Below, piece by piece: positions 38,601 to 51,313 of a stretch of DNA of 64,000 bases (position 1 is the first letter of the stretch; each line of letters opens with the position of its first letter). The DNA comes from Ylistrum balloti (taxonomy: Eukaryota), in NCBI RefSeq assembly GCF_031769215.1, contig NW_026782091.1, positions 186,001 through 250,000 of the forward strand, written 5' to 3'. The translations under genes and the position numbers were made by a program. The notes under the pieces are model-generated. The model was not told the DNA's origin. It saw nothing but the letters and a program-made list of their open reading frames with translations, and made no database searches.

Positions 38601-40110
38601 TTCTTTCCAGATTGTTGATCAATAGTTGTACGGATACCAAATTTAATAAGAAAGTCGAAAGTTTTTTAAAACTGATAATAGATCATAATTTGAAAACTTT
38701 ACTTTAAAAGATTGGCTTTGACACGCGGTAGATAAAAGGACATGTAGGAGAGAATCGCAAATATTGATTACTTTTTCAGTTCTCTTTTTGGTGGATAATT
38801 TTGTTGATTTTTTAAAAGTTTGATCATAGTTATCTAAAATAAAAATCAAAGTACTGTTAATGAAGATGTTTAATTAATTGGTTGTCACTCATTTTTATTG
38901 TAAATCTGTCGCAACACAAGTTTAACTTACTTTACAATGTGATGTCATATTTTATCTAACTTATTAAAATGGATTGGTTACGAAAAAATGTTGAGTAACT
39001 GGTGATGTTATCCTGATTTTAAACAACATGGATGCAACAGACTTGGTATACACATGTTTGTTCACCTTTATTTTTTAAAATAATAATATTTATTATTCAA
39101 ATGTTTAATACTGGTTTTTAATATGAAGAATCATCAAACAGTTAAAAAGATATATGAAAATATACAAGATATCATCATTCCATTAAATATTTCATCAGTC
39201 TGTCACAAATAAACAGGTGATATATTGATGCACATATTTTTAAATGCTAAAATGTATTTATATGTTAATTTTCTTTTTTTGAACAGAACTTACAATTTCA
39301 TGGTTAAGTAAAATTTGAGCACATATCTATTTTTGCTTGTGATAACGTTTTAATTTAAATAAAATCATAGTCACGTGTAGATATTTATTATTTTAAGTCC
39401 ACAAATAATTTTTTTGGTTATGTCTGTATGAAGTAGCAGAAGTCCTTTGACTATACTTTGTGTTGAATTATGATAATAATATGGTGAAGGAAAGCCCTAT
39501 AGAGAAGTATTTTTATCGGCTTTAGAGGGAATAGAATGAAACAAAATTTATAATGATGCTGATGGTAAGTGCACATAATAATATCTTTGATAGACTCCAT
39601 ATATGGACATATCTGCTTTGTTCGGACAGGATAGGATGGTCAGGTCCAAAATAAAATAATTGATAATTACAGAAAAGCGGGACCTGAATTAAGCACAGTT
39701 TTGTTGCTTTGGAGATTTATAGCTCTAAGACAGAAATAATCTGTCTTTATGTTACGGAAGCAATAAAGAATACAGGTTGGTTGAAAGGAGCTCCGAGTAA
39801 AGAACATGATAAAATACAGGCCAGACGTGAAACAGTCCAAAGGGGCTCAGACTTACAGAAATATAGAGGCATGCAGGTTAGGTGTGGAACAGTCCAAAGG
39901 GGTCCTGAGTTAGGAGGGATTCCCTGTGGAGGGAGAATGATATTGATGACAAGGGTGCAGTACGATATAGTCCTGAAATGCTCTGATTAAGGACAGCATG
40001 ACACACGGGTACAGTGTCTGATCCAAAGGGACCCTTATCAAAGCTAAGGGATGGGTACAGATGATTGGCCTTAGAGTGCTATCTAATGAACGAGATATGA
40101 CCTAGTACAG

Positions 40111-40715
40111 AAGTATATGGTCCTGATTAGGGGCTACCAAATAAAGGAGATTATGAAAGGTGACAAAAGTATATGGTCCTGGTTAGGGACTACCAGATAA
40201 GGGAGGTAATGACGGGGGGACTGAAGAATATGCTCCTGATAAAGGATACCAAATAAAGGAGATAATAAAAGGGGACATGGTCCTCATTAGTGGCTTAATT
40301 AATATGGGAGACAATAACAGGGGACAGATGTATATGGTTCTCGTAAGGAAGCTTCCCAATAAGGGAAATGATAACATGGGACAGATGTATATGGTCTTGA
40401 TTAGGGGCATATAAACAAGGGAGATAAAGACAGGCGACTCAAGTATATGGTCCTGATTAGGGGCTTCCAAACAAGGGAGATAATGACAGGGGACTTAAAT
40501 ATGTGTCGTCCTAATAAGTGACTTCCAAACAAGGAAGGTAATGACAGGGGACAAATGTATCTGGTCTTTATTAGTGACTTCCAAACAAGGGAAATTATGA
40601 CAGGGGACAAATGTATCTGATCTTTACTAGTGACTTCCAAACAAGGGAGATAATGACAGGGGATAGACGTATATTTTCCTGATTTGGGGTTACCAAAAAA
40701 GATAATGACCGAGGA
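40111..40715. repeat. Old, degenerate tandem array, about 56-57-bp unit, about 11 copies
   Basis: (A/G)TATATGGTCCTGATTAGGGG...CCAAA.AAGGGAGATAATGACAGGGGAC recurs at about 40111, 40167, 40224, 40328, 40385, 40441, 40497, 40555, 40611 and 40668. Confidence 0.85.
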
Positions 40716-41037
40716 AATCATTAACTCTATTATTTTTTATCATTTCCCTAATTTGGTTGTACAGAAGATATGAATGAACAAAATGATTGGACAAAATACA
40801 AGACGCAGTGTAGCCTGATTAGGTCAAATAAAGAATACATGTTACCAATGTAAGGGACTAAAGGCTCTAAAAGAATCACAGGACAGAGTATCGCAATATA
40901 CAGTTGTGAAAATGAAAGTGTAGTACTAATCTATACATATTTTGAATGCATGTAAAAAATGAAAGCCAATTACTATGTAATGGTTTGTAGCAAGAAATGA
41001 CACAATTGGCATTTCTATGAATTTTTTATCCTTTCAG

Positions 41038-41214
41038 GGTTTTCTCCAGGCCCGTACAATTGTAATGAGCCAGCAATTGACATGAGAACACATAATGGCC
41101 GTCGTACCAGCCCAACCAACTCAACAAGCTCTTCACATATAAAGGAGGAACACATCTCAGATTCGGAGGACAAGAACTCAATAGATGGGGACAGGCTCAT
41201 CTCCAATGCTGTCG
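41038..41214 (+). CDS. Internal coding exon (177 nt, phase 1-1) of an unidentified, probably nuclear regulatory protein: (G)FSPGPYNCNEPAIDMRTHNGRRTSPTNSTSSSHIKEEHISDSEDKNSIDGDRLISNAV(G)
   Basis: Acceptor TTTTTATCCTTTCAG, donor GTCG|GTATGT, open frame, length a multiple of 3. GC content is raised over the flanks. Phase is compatible with exon 52701. Confidence 0.8.
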
Positions 41215-41249
41215 GTATGTATCTATGGAATATAACCATCCCCTCTCTG

Positions 41250-41792
41250 GTGTTCTCAAGAATTTGGTCTGAAGCATTCTTGGGGAAAGGCCTCAATTTT
41301 GTGTGAATGGTGGGTCTGGCAACCCCGGGAGCATGAGGGGCAGGGCCTAATAAGAAAAATCAATTTATTTCTTTAATTTCTTGTTATTTAGGAATTGCAT
41401 GATATTTTCCAAATTTGGTCTGAAGCATGTTTAGAAGAAGGAGAATATGTTTTGTATAAATGGTGGGTCTTGGCCACCCTGGGGCCTGAGTGGTAGGGCA
41501 CCATCAGGAAAATTTGTCAGTTTCTTTAAAATCTATCTTGTTCTTTAGGAATAGCAGGATATTTTCTAAATTTGATCTGAAATATGCTTGTGTAAAGAAA
41601 AATTAGTTTTATACAAAGTGTGGGTTTCAGAGATTAACATCTGATCTCTGTCCCCACCCCTAGGGGATTTGAAGCTGTATCTGTGGAGTGAGGCTTATCA
41701 AAGGAAATATTTTCCTTCTAAAGAAATGTAAAGTTTTGCATTATCAACTTAATTATTCATGTGAGCGATACAGACCCTCTGGGCCTCTTGTT
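41250..41792 (+). mobile_element. 5'-truncated HINE of the same family as 19525-20448
   Basis: Core AATTTGGTCTGAAGCA at about 41260, 41411 and 41568; terminus GTGAGCGATACAGACCCTCTGGGCCTCTTGTT. Confidence 0.8.
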
Positions 41793-41796
41793 TTTC

Positions 41797-42270
41797 TCTT
41801 TTTTATGACCCGAGGGGTCAGGATGACCTTTAGCCACCATGTTTTGTTTAGCGTCAGTGGAATTCAAGTGAAACTTGCCTTCAGCAAAGCTGAGATGGTT
41901 CTGACCAAGTGTTGTTATTTTTCGGGCCATTCCAAAATCGAGTATGGCCAACATGGCTACCTCCTTCATAAATACATTTTAAAGTTCATCTCGACTTCTA
42001 CTGGTGTTATTCACCTGAAAATTGGTGGGGATGTTAAGGAAAGGAAGCTGACAAAGTTTTGTCTTTTTTTGGCCTCTTCAAACGTTCAATATGGCAGCCA
42101 TGGTGGCCATTTTGTGACATGATAGTGCAGTCATGGTTTCTTTGAACAATACAAGTGCAGTCATGGTTTCTTTGAACAATACATATGTTAAACTTCAAGT
42201 ACTATTGGTTTGATTGAGCTGAAACTTGCCAGTATTCATGCTTACTGATAACGATCATTTTCTACCTAAC
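41797..42270 (+). mobile_element. Second HINE-like element of a different subfamily, abutting the previous one
   Basis: Begins TTTTATGACCCGAGGGGTCA (short hairpin). Contains ATGGCAGCCATGGTGGCCATTTTG and repeated TGAAACTTGCC motifs typical of these cores, plus an internal 30-bp duplication at 42123-42182. Confidence 0.5.
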
Positions 42271-42855
42271 TTAATTATTTTCTGTCATTGGTATATCTAT
42301 TCATGTCTCTCCTAGTCTATTGTTATCATTATGTCACAAGGTGGTGTGTTATGCCACTGTGTCCAGGTTAACTATAACATTTCAGTGACCTTTAAATGAT
42401 CCCATTTTCTGTAAACATAACAATCTTCCATTTTAATGGTGTTGTTTGAAGCTTAGAATTTGTTGTTGCTGCTGCTTTGTGCTGTAATGCCAGAAGAATT
42501 CAAATGTGTGATTGCATTCTTATGTAACTGTTATTTGGATGTGTATTTAGACTGGTATGCATTGTAGTAAAAAAACATGTATAACAACATCCATAACCAT
42601 ACCTCGTACAATGAGATGACTATCAGAAATTCACAGCAGGGACAAAACTGGTTTTGTGTTTTTTGTTTTTTTCAGTCTTAGTAATCATAAGATGTGAAAT
42701 TTAACACAATTCATTGAGTGTATGATAAAGAATCACAAGGTTGTTTGTTTCCAATTGGCATTCGTTATATATCAAATTTACATGGGAGAACCAACACTCT
42801 TAAAGTTAACAATGTTAAAGTTAAAAATTTACGCGATATAAAAAACAACAATTAG

Positions 42856-43875
42856 AATGCCTCTGAGACCTCCCCTCTGTGCTGACAATATCTTCCGGCC
42901 ATTGTATCTAAGGAAGTGGCAGACATTTTAGTCCAGGCCTTGCTTGGAAACGTATACTGGCATCCAAGGGTATAAAGGGTCTGTGGCCTGTCAAACCATT
43001 TATCATTATTTCAATGTAGGCGCAACGTGACTAATAGGTACATTGCATGAGAGCATTTACTTGCTTCAATTTTTTTTTCTTCTGAGTGACTGAATAACCT
43101 GGAAATGAAGATTTTACATGTATTTATGACAAACAGATATAATTTAGCCATATAACGGAAATACACATTTGTTTATGTTACGATTTACACAGCTTGAACA
43201 GTGCATTCTGGAAAATATACATAAGATGTCATCAAATGAATAAGTTCGGCAAAACCTGCCGTGTTTTTATCTTGAGTTTTAGCATAAATTCCTCTGTAAT
43301 AAGCTTTACTATTTCCAGTTATTTCCATGAGAGACAGACTTTACTAGTAAAATTTTAGACAATCTATGACGGGTCGTATCTTTGCGCAGGTTTTACTTCT
43401 CAAGCATTTACATAACCAAGATTGAGAAAACAAAATAATAGTGGTCATATGTTACACAGCATTTTTCGAGCACTTCAGTGATATAGTAAAAATTGGTCAT
43501 GTCCAAATTTTGGTGCCCATGCGCATGTTTCCGGATATATGCGATGGATTGAAGGGAATTTCCTCTGTTCCTTCAGTTTTATTATATCTTTTTAATAAAT
43601 TTTTGGATAGCTGAGAAGAACTGATCATCTTCATGCAAGTTCAAAGTTCTCGAGTGAGTGCAATGTTTTTGGTTACGCTTACGTGTAATCATGTAATATA
43701 CAGGTGAGTTTCACTTTGGGCTGTCAGTGTTGAAATGAAAACTGGTTTGACAGGTTGCAAAGCTTTTATACCCTGGGATGCCCGTACTCATTTCCAAGCA
43801 AGGCTTGGACTAAAATGTTGACCACTTACGCTGACCGGAAGATATCGTTATCATAGGGAGCCTCTCCGAAGCATT
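42856..43875. mobile_element. About 1-kb non-autonomous DNA element with about 150-bp imperfect terminal inverted repeats (possibly Kolobok-like; true ends may extend to TTAA sites near 42820 and 43925)
   Basis: 42856-43014 aligns to the reverse complement of 43730-43875, including ACATTTTAGTCCA(G/A)GCCTTGCTTGGAAA, TAC(T/G)GGCATCC(A/C)AGGGTATAAA and CCTGTCAAACCA. The interior is CpG-richer than the flanks and has no long ORF. Confidence 0.75.
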
Positions 43876-44165
43876 TGGGAAACGGAAACTTTTTTTTATA
43901 TCTCAAAATAAATTCTTTTTAAGTTGCATTTAAAGTGTGAGATTGTGGCTGTGTTCCTGGATGGATACCATTTAGTAATCACTAGAGGTCCTTCCTATGT
44001 GGTAAACATGTAAATATGATAAAGAATTCTAAACATCCACGAGTGATTTTGTTAATTGTAATGATACTGGTATCGTCCACTTGTTTCAATGTCACATTGT
44101 TTATCTAACAACTGTGACCTTCTTGAGCTGCAAAATTGTACTTCAGAACATACGAAAGTCAAAAA

Positions 44166-44212
44166 AGTTGTCCTGATGATGGCCGAATAGAGATCGAAAA
44201 ATGTCACAAAAC
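44166..44212 (+). ncRNA. Degenerate minimal hammerhead-ribozyme-like motif of the kind found in Penelope-like element ends
   Basis: GTTGTC-CTGATGA-T-GGCC-GAATAGA-GATC-GAAA-AATGTC-ACAA: core boxes CUGAUGA and GAAA in the correct order. Stems I, II and III each carry mismatches, so it is probably inactive. Confidence 0.3.
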
Positions 44213-44747
44213 TGCTCTCAGATGTTGAGAATGCTGTATTATATTTACATATAATTTACATGGACCTTTAAGATAAGAACTTAAAACAAATAACTTTTCC
44301 CAGAAGGACTGACGAAAGGAATAATTTAGAAATTGTTTTTACTGTCATCATGTCACAGATGGTGACAACATGTATGGTGTAATATATGACGTGTTAAGCC
44401 CAATAATAAAAAGTAGATATTTGTTAGGGAGTGCACATATTGGTTAGGGAGTGCATATATTGATTTCCTTTAAGCACTTTCACAGATATTTAAGAAGTAT
44501 CTTAACAGAATTATGATATGGATTGAGATATTTCAAGATTTGTTTTCTTTTTGTATTGCACACAATATGAGGTCCAGTCTCTTCCTCCTCTTTATACAGA
44601 TTTCAAAAATTTCTGCAGGGGTACTATTTCATAATGCTGTAAAAACTTTGAGAAACTCATTACACAAACTGGTCAAAGTTTTGTTTCGCTATCTCCTGTA
44701 TCTTATTCTCCTACATTAGTTCTAGGCATGTGGTTTCACCTTGGTAA

Positions 44748-45506
44748 GGGGATGTGTCTTGTAGTATTAGGGGATGTGTCTTGTTGTATCAGGTGATGTG
44801 TCTTGTATCAGGGGATGTGTCTTGTTGTATCAGGGGATGTGTCTTATAGTATCAGTAGATGTCTTGTAGTATCAAGGGATGTGTCTTGTAGTATCAGGGA
44901 TGTGTCTTGTAGTATCAAGGGATGTCTTGTAGTATTGATGTGTCTTATTGTATCAGGGGATGTGTCTTATAGTATCCGTGGATGTGTCTTGTAGTATCAG
45001 GGATGTGTCTTGTAGTATCAGGGTTGTGTCTTGTAGTATCAAGGATTGTCTTGTAGTATCAAGGGATGTCTTATAGTATCAGGGGAGGTGTCTTATTGTA
45101 TCAATTGATGTGTCTTATAGTATCCGTGGATGTGTCTTGTAGTATCAGGGATGCGTCTTGTAGTATCAGGGATGTGTCTTGTAGTATCAAGGATTGTCTT
45201 GTAGTATCAGGGGATGTGTCTTGTAGTATCAGTGGATGTGTCTTGTAGTATCAGGGATGTGTCTTGTAGTATCAGTAGATGTGTCTTATAGTATCAGGGA
45301 TGTGTCTTGTAGTATCAGGGTTGTGTCTTGTAGTATCAGGGATGTGTCTTGCAGTATCAGGGATGTGTCTTGTAGTATCAGTGGATGTGTCTTGTAATAT
45401 CAGGGATGTGTCTTGTAGTAACAGGGATGTGTCTTGTCTCAGGAGATGTGTCTTGTTGTATCAAGGGATGTGTCTTGTAGTATCAGTGGATGTGTCTTAT
45501 AGTATC
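44748..45506. repeat. Minisatellite, 21-22-bp unit, about 35 copies, embedded in HINE-like flanks
   Basis: Unit GTAGTATCAGGGATGTGTCTT. Left flank GGCATGTGGTTTCACCTTGGTAAGG and right flank GGTCAATCTGACCTATTTTTGACCTTTGAC resemble the two halves of a HINE core unit. Confidence 0.92.
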
Positions 45507-46189
45507 AAAAGTTGGTCAATCTGACCTATTTTTGACCTTTGACTTGCTTCAAAGAAAAAGTTTGTCTTCTCTTACACTACTTTTCAGTGGACCTCGTACT
45601 TGGGATATGGTATCACCTTGGTGTTGATAAATAGGGGACTGTAATTTGAAGATGTCTTGTTTCAGATATATTTTTAGATGCATTCCTTCAAACTTCTTTT
45701 AACTTTTTTGATAAATCTGTAATGGGTGAAATGCATGTTGGAAGTGAACTCAAACACACAGATTTACTGGTGCATTTGAATTGTGTTGTATTGAAAGAAT
45801 TGTACACAGTGTGATGTTTGTGACACAAAATCTGACAGTTAAGAGTGAGTTATCAAGTACAAAATCAAGTCTGAATATGGAACTGCCACTAAAGATTTTA
45901 TGTTGTTCTTATCAGGAGTGTTCACAATTACAGTATTTATCCAACAATAAGTGAAAATTGAAATGTAATGCTGTTTCATGAATGTTCTGTAATAAGCCCA
46001 CCCCTTGATTTTGGGTCAAGGGTAATGTGCTGGCTCCCTGGGCTTATTGCCGGATAAACATTGGGTTATTTGAATGACGTTGATCTGGGATAGCATTTAC
46101 TGGAAATGCTTTCTATTATTAGGTTGAACCACTAACCCTTTACTGATATCTAGACTGAATGCTTACCTTGATTGGGTTGAGCCAGTTTA

Positions 46190-47030
46190 TTGGGTCATCA
46201 GACCCGACGTGTCAAGAAGACCTATCACTATCGTGCACTGTCTGTCGTCGTGCGTCGTCTGTAAACTTTTCCTTTTCAGTGCTACTCTAGCTTAACGCCT
46301 TGGCTGATTTCAACCAAATTTGATAGGGCCCGAAAAGGGGAAGTTAGACAATATTTTGGTTCAGAACACTACTCCTTCTTAATACCTGTGTAGATTTCAA
46401 CCCAATTTGGTCTGAAACAATTCAGAAAAATTGTTTCAACCCCTACAGACCTGGAGGTGGATGGGAGTTTCTGATACTTTCAAGGAATGTTCAAAATTTG
46501 AATTTATCAGATTCTTCAGACCACCATCAGCAAATTCTGTGGTTTGTCCATCCATCTGTCGATTCTCAGAAGACAGTTAACGGCCATGGCCATCTTGTTT
46601 GTCCCAACAATTATCAGGAATGCTTTCCATTATTTGGTTAAACAAGTCTAATTTATTTAGTGATAACCTCAGGTAGGAAGATGTAGTTTAATTGGTAATG
46701 AAATGATAAGTGATGAATTTTTAGGAAGATCTTTCTGAAATTTTACATATGTGTTCCCCTTGGATGGATATTAGCCAAGTCAAAATGTAACAGAGGTCAT
46801 TATATATTTGATGCCTCCACTAAGGATCAAATTTGGTATCTGTGCTGTACCAATGTAATTCTCTATGAGAAACTCCCCCTAGTTGAGTTGGTAGGAAGGG
46901 TTAAAAATAGTTTTGTTTGTTGGTAGGAAAGAAAGATATGGCCACCAAAAAGCTGTCATTTAATTCAGACTCAAACTTTTGATGGGTACACTACAAAAGA
47001 AATTCTATTCAATGGTTCCACTTGGGTCTT
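46190..47030 (+). mobile_element. HINE-like element
   Basis: 5' hairpin GGGTCATCAGACCC, (GTC)-type microsatellite CTGTCTGTCGTCGTGCGTCGTCTGTAAACTTT, and repeated CAACC(C)AAATTTG core motifs. Right boundary uncertain. Confidence 0.6.
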
Positions 47031-50000
47031 GCTTGTGATGTCAATTTGCATTTGGTGTGTGGTCAAGTCTAAACAGATGTCAGCTGTTGTATCTTATCTC
47101 TTCATAGTGATCATTGCATCATAAGATAAGCCCATCTTATGGCATGTGTTTCTTGGTATTTGTGGTCAAGGTCACATAAAATCCAACATCAAGGTCATGA
47201 AGGAAAGTGTTACATAACATCAAGGGTTGATATTATTGAGGCTGATGTGAAGTTAATCAGGATACAGGACACCAATCCCTGCCTGCCATATATGCCAGCA
47301 TTGTTCAGTCACATGACCTTGAGATAATCCCCAGTCATGTGACTGATCATGACTAAGCCTATCTCTTGCCTGTCCCATACCACTGAGACTGAAGAAGTCT
47401 GCTCGATAGAAGGCAAAATCTACCTGAATGTTAGTTTTTTGTTGAGTATCTATGTTTAAAATCATTATTTGGAATGATGTGAAGTTTATGTGAAAAAGAA
47501 CTTCAAGGTCACAAAAATGAAATATGTTGTCATTTACATAAAGTGATTTTGTGGAGATTTACTGTTTTCTCATTAATGTAAGGTTAAGGCCAAAGAAATC
47601 TTCTTCAAGTTAAATAAAATTTGTATTTTATTGTATTTGCCTCTGCAAGGAATCAAACCTGGAACCATTGGTTTATTTGTCAATACTCAATTGATAGAGC
47701 TTAGTAGTATGTTACAGCTTATTTTTAGGAAATGACATATTCCCCTCTTCTCAATATTCCAGGTATAATTAGTAATGGTTGTGGCACAAGGCTTAGGATT
47801 TTGTCATGATTTCCCCAAGTCCTTACATGGCGCCAGTGAAACAGAGGTCATTATCTATTTCAATGTATCTGCTAAGGATAAAAACCAGGTCGTCTTGCTT
47901 CCTTGTCTTTAATTCCACTTAATACATGAAAGAGAACTTTGAATTTTCTTTTACTGACCTGTATATTGTGGCTAGTATTAACAAGAGTGTCTTTCAAAAC
48001 GGTTTGACAGAGACTTTAACCAGATGTTACATGATGAAATTTCAAAAGTCATTGGCTATATTAATTAAGGCTACACTCAGGTATCTTGGTTATAAACAAT
48101 GCATGATTTCATAATGAAGTTATTTTTTTTAATTAATACCCAGGTGAGCTGTTGGTGTATAATGAATGTGTAACAATCTACTAATGGTGAAATTATATCT
48201 ACACATAATACAGATATGCATTGTGAAACGGCAATGGTGAACAGTGTTGTAGGAAGGTCAAAGTTGAGAAAAGTAAAATTCCTTTCTGATATAGATCTAC
48301 ATTTGATAATAAAGAAATAATTGAAATCCTGCAGAAAAATCTCTTAATTGGAAAATTATATTCCATTTAAATGTTATTTCTGTAATACACAATGATATGT
48401 GTGGGTTTTTTATATATAATTCATGACTTTCTGCTTATTAAAAACTCAAAAAAAAGAAAGGCGTGCTGAAATATCTCCCTTCCATATCTTTATGAACATG
48501 ACCGGACTATTTTAGTTCTGTGGGTCATTGATCTATTAGAGTTAAATGGTGTCTTGCTATGTTTCCCAATATCTCTTAAAGATATCCTGGTCATGGCACC
48601 TTGATGGGCAGACACCAGTTGAGTGATGTGTCAAAACCAAGGCCAGTCATGTCTAGTGTTTTCTTGGGCTATTTTCTGAAAGGCTCTTGTACGTAGAATC
48701 TAACGAATTTTGCGTGATATTTTCGTACGAGGAACATTAGCATTACTGGGAGACAACATTGTCAGGTATTGTATCTAGTGATGTGGAGTTATGTGTCTTT
48801 TATGTGTGCTTCAATGATGCTTTTTGGTAATATAATTGTTTAATGTCTCTCTGTGATTTCTTTATTATAAATCAGAAAGAAAAACTGGTGCCGATTTAAT
48901 GCTAATTTTTAAAGCAACCTTTTTGTCCAATACACGAACCAGAAGTTTTATAGCCACAAATATTTTCTGATCTGTCTGCAGGGAAATCCATGTGTCATTT
49001 TAGTTTGAAGATTAGCAAATTCAAGGTCACATCATGGAAGCAGATTGTTCTCTTAAGACTGTCATGAAAGTTTTACATGATACCAGCATAGATGTTTTCC
49101 GTCTGTATCTCCTAGGAGTTTTGTAAGGATATATATTAGGCACTTTACCCAAACATAACTAAATCAATCAGACAGTGTCTCACATACTATAAAGTTATGC
49201 ACTTCTGGCTAACAATGTGAAAACAAAGTTATCTGAAACATTGTTGACTAATAAATAGTGACTTTTCACTACAAAATGTGTTTTTCTTATGAATTTTTGT
49301 ATAAAAGTGTATGTTTTAAGTAGAAATAAGACAAAAGAGGAAAGGTATTGCATTTTGTTATTTCTGGAGAAGGTTGAAACATCATTGTGAATATGATTCG
49401 TGGTAAATACCACTTCAGTAATGTCTGTGATCAGACTTGACATTAAGGGGCAAGTTTGTTTTGATGTAGTTAAACTACAGCAAAACCCAAATTCCTGTAA
49501 TCACAGCTTGAATGCCTTTTATTTGTCAAACTTATCTTTGAGTTCCAATTTTATAATTATTAAGTGGTTTCTAGGTAATCTATTCACTTCATTCCTGGCC
49601 AAAAAATTCAGATAGCGAGTTTTCACAGTTTATAAGTAACCCTGATATTTTATATCCTGTAACAAATTTTAGGTAATTGATTATGTAATCATTTTGATTT
49701 GCAAATAATGCTGAACCTTACTCAAAAACATAAACAGAAAAAGATATATTTCATCAAATTATCAGTAACAGTAGTGGTTATAACCGAGCCAAGGACACTA
49801 AGTGGCGCGATGCATGATTGTTTTTCTTTAAACCACTGGGTGTGGGGGATGATGTCACACTTTGTGTTGTCTGGTTGACAATTAACACTTGTTTAAAGTT
49901 ATAGTAACAGAACTTGAATTTGTTGCCTGAATTCCATGCCCTGTATTTACAGGCACTTATGTATAATGCATAGTGTATACTAGTTTGACCTGTTCTGTAA

Positions 50001-51313
50001 GGAGCTGGTTTATAAATTAAAGTTATGCCTCTCTACCAGTTCTGAAATGTTTGGTCAGCTTGAAGAGTCATGCTTATTTTGAAAATTAGTGTTTTGAGCA
50101 GATTTTAATTTTTTTTTTTTTCAAATGTTGTTTCCATTTTTTTATTCAGGTGAATGTTTTAAATCGGTGCAATCATTCAACTTTGAATTTTTAAAAATTT
50201 TGAATATATACAAAAGATTTAATTTTTTGGTTGTTTGTCATTAAGTAATTAAGTCTTTGACCGAGATCTGTATTAAATTATAGGCAAAAGAGGATGAATA
50301 TGATTGAACAACTTTGTATTACATGTGTGTCATTTACACCTAGCGACCTCGTTTGTTGCCCTGTAGTGAATTCAACATAGTCAAAATACAGAACAAGGTA
50401 ATACTGACGTCACTGTGGTTTTGTTAAAATGGGTTAAATACTTCAGTGGGTTTGGTTTAAAATCTATTCACTATTAACTACCCTAGAACATACTATTAAA
50501 GTGCTGATTAACTGGACTTGAAATTCTACTCAGTGTAGATAATGCAAAATGCTAAAAATTACAAATACAGTTTATAAATGCCATGATTAAGAATGAGGGA
50601 GAAACTATAACACTTGTGAAGAACTGTAACATAGCTATATATTTATAATAGTCCATCCCTGTATTACGAAATGTGTACACCTTTAGTCAACATGTTTTGG
50701 GAAATCCCAAATACAGATCTGAATCATATGTGTCGATGAAATTACAAGGTAGGTCACCTTGACTATGTGGCATGATATTACCATGGGTCGATCATTGTTA
50801 TATGATGTTTGATCATCAATGAATATTTTGTGATTGTGTGCCTTTTGTGATTTGATAATGTGAAAAACATTGTAAAAGTTCTTCTATAAGTCAATCTGAT
50901 CAAATTTCTCTAAAAACAAATATACTGAAAAGATGTAAATTTTATAGACTCATTTTAGCTAGAATTAAGCTTATCAGTGAACAACTTGTTTCTAGAAAAT
51001 TTCAATCTAAAAACTTGATCATACCTGGAATTTGATAACAGATTTAAATGATATGCATATTTAAGTTTTTATTTACATATATTGACCTTATATACATACA
51101 AAGTGAGTCATTTAGTTTTGTTACAGTACATGCTGTCTCGGATCTCGTTCAGATTAAAATCACTTTAATTGAAAGTACAACAAGAATGTTAATGTACATT
51201 TGATTTAATGATTAGAGTAGGTGTTCAGTACCTCCAGCAGTGTCTTTCTGTAGATGATTCTGTGTCTGTTTCACACATCATCAAACATTTCGTACATTAC
51301 TCTGTCAGTGTTT

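Noticed and set aside
38447-38849. ORF with YYRDSFHLTEREIAIFK, vaguely like LINE ORF1 esterase
   Set aside because: Single weak resemblance with no supporting motifs nearby; cannot be supported without a search.
44803-45524. ORFs with CLVVSG/RDVSCS repeats
   Set aside because: Translations of the 21-22-bp array.
50405-50412. Perfect CRE palindrome TGACGTCA
   Set aside because: An isolated 8-mer is plausible by chance, with no supporting context.
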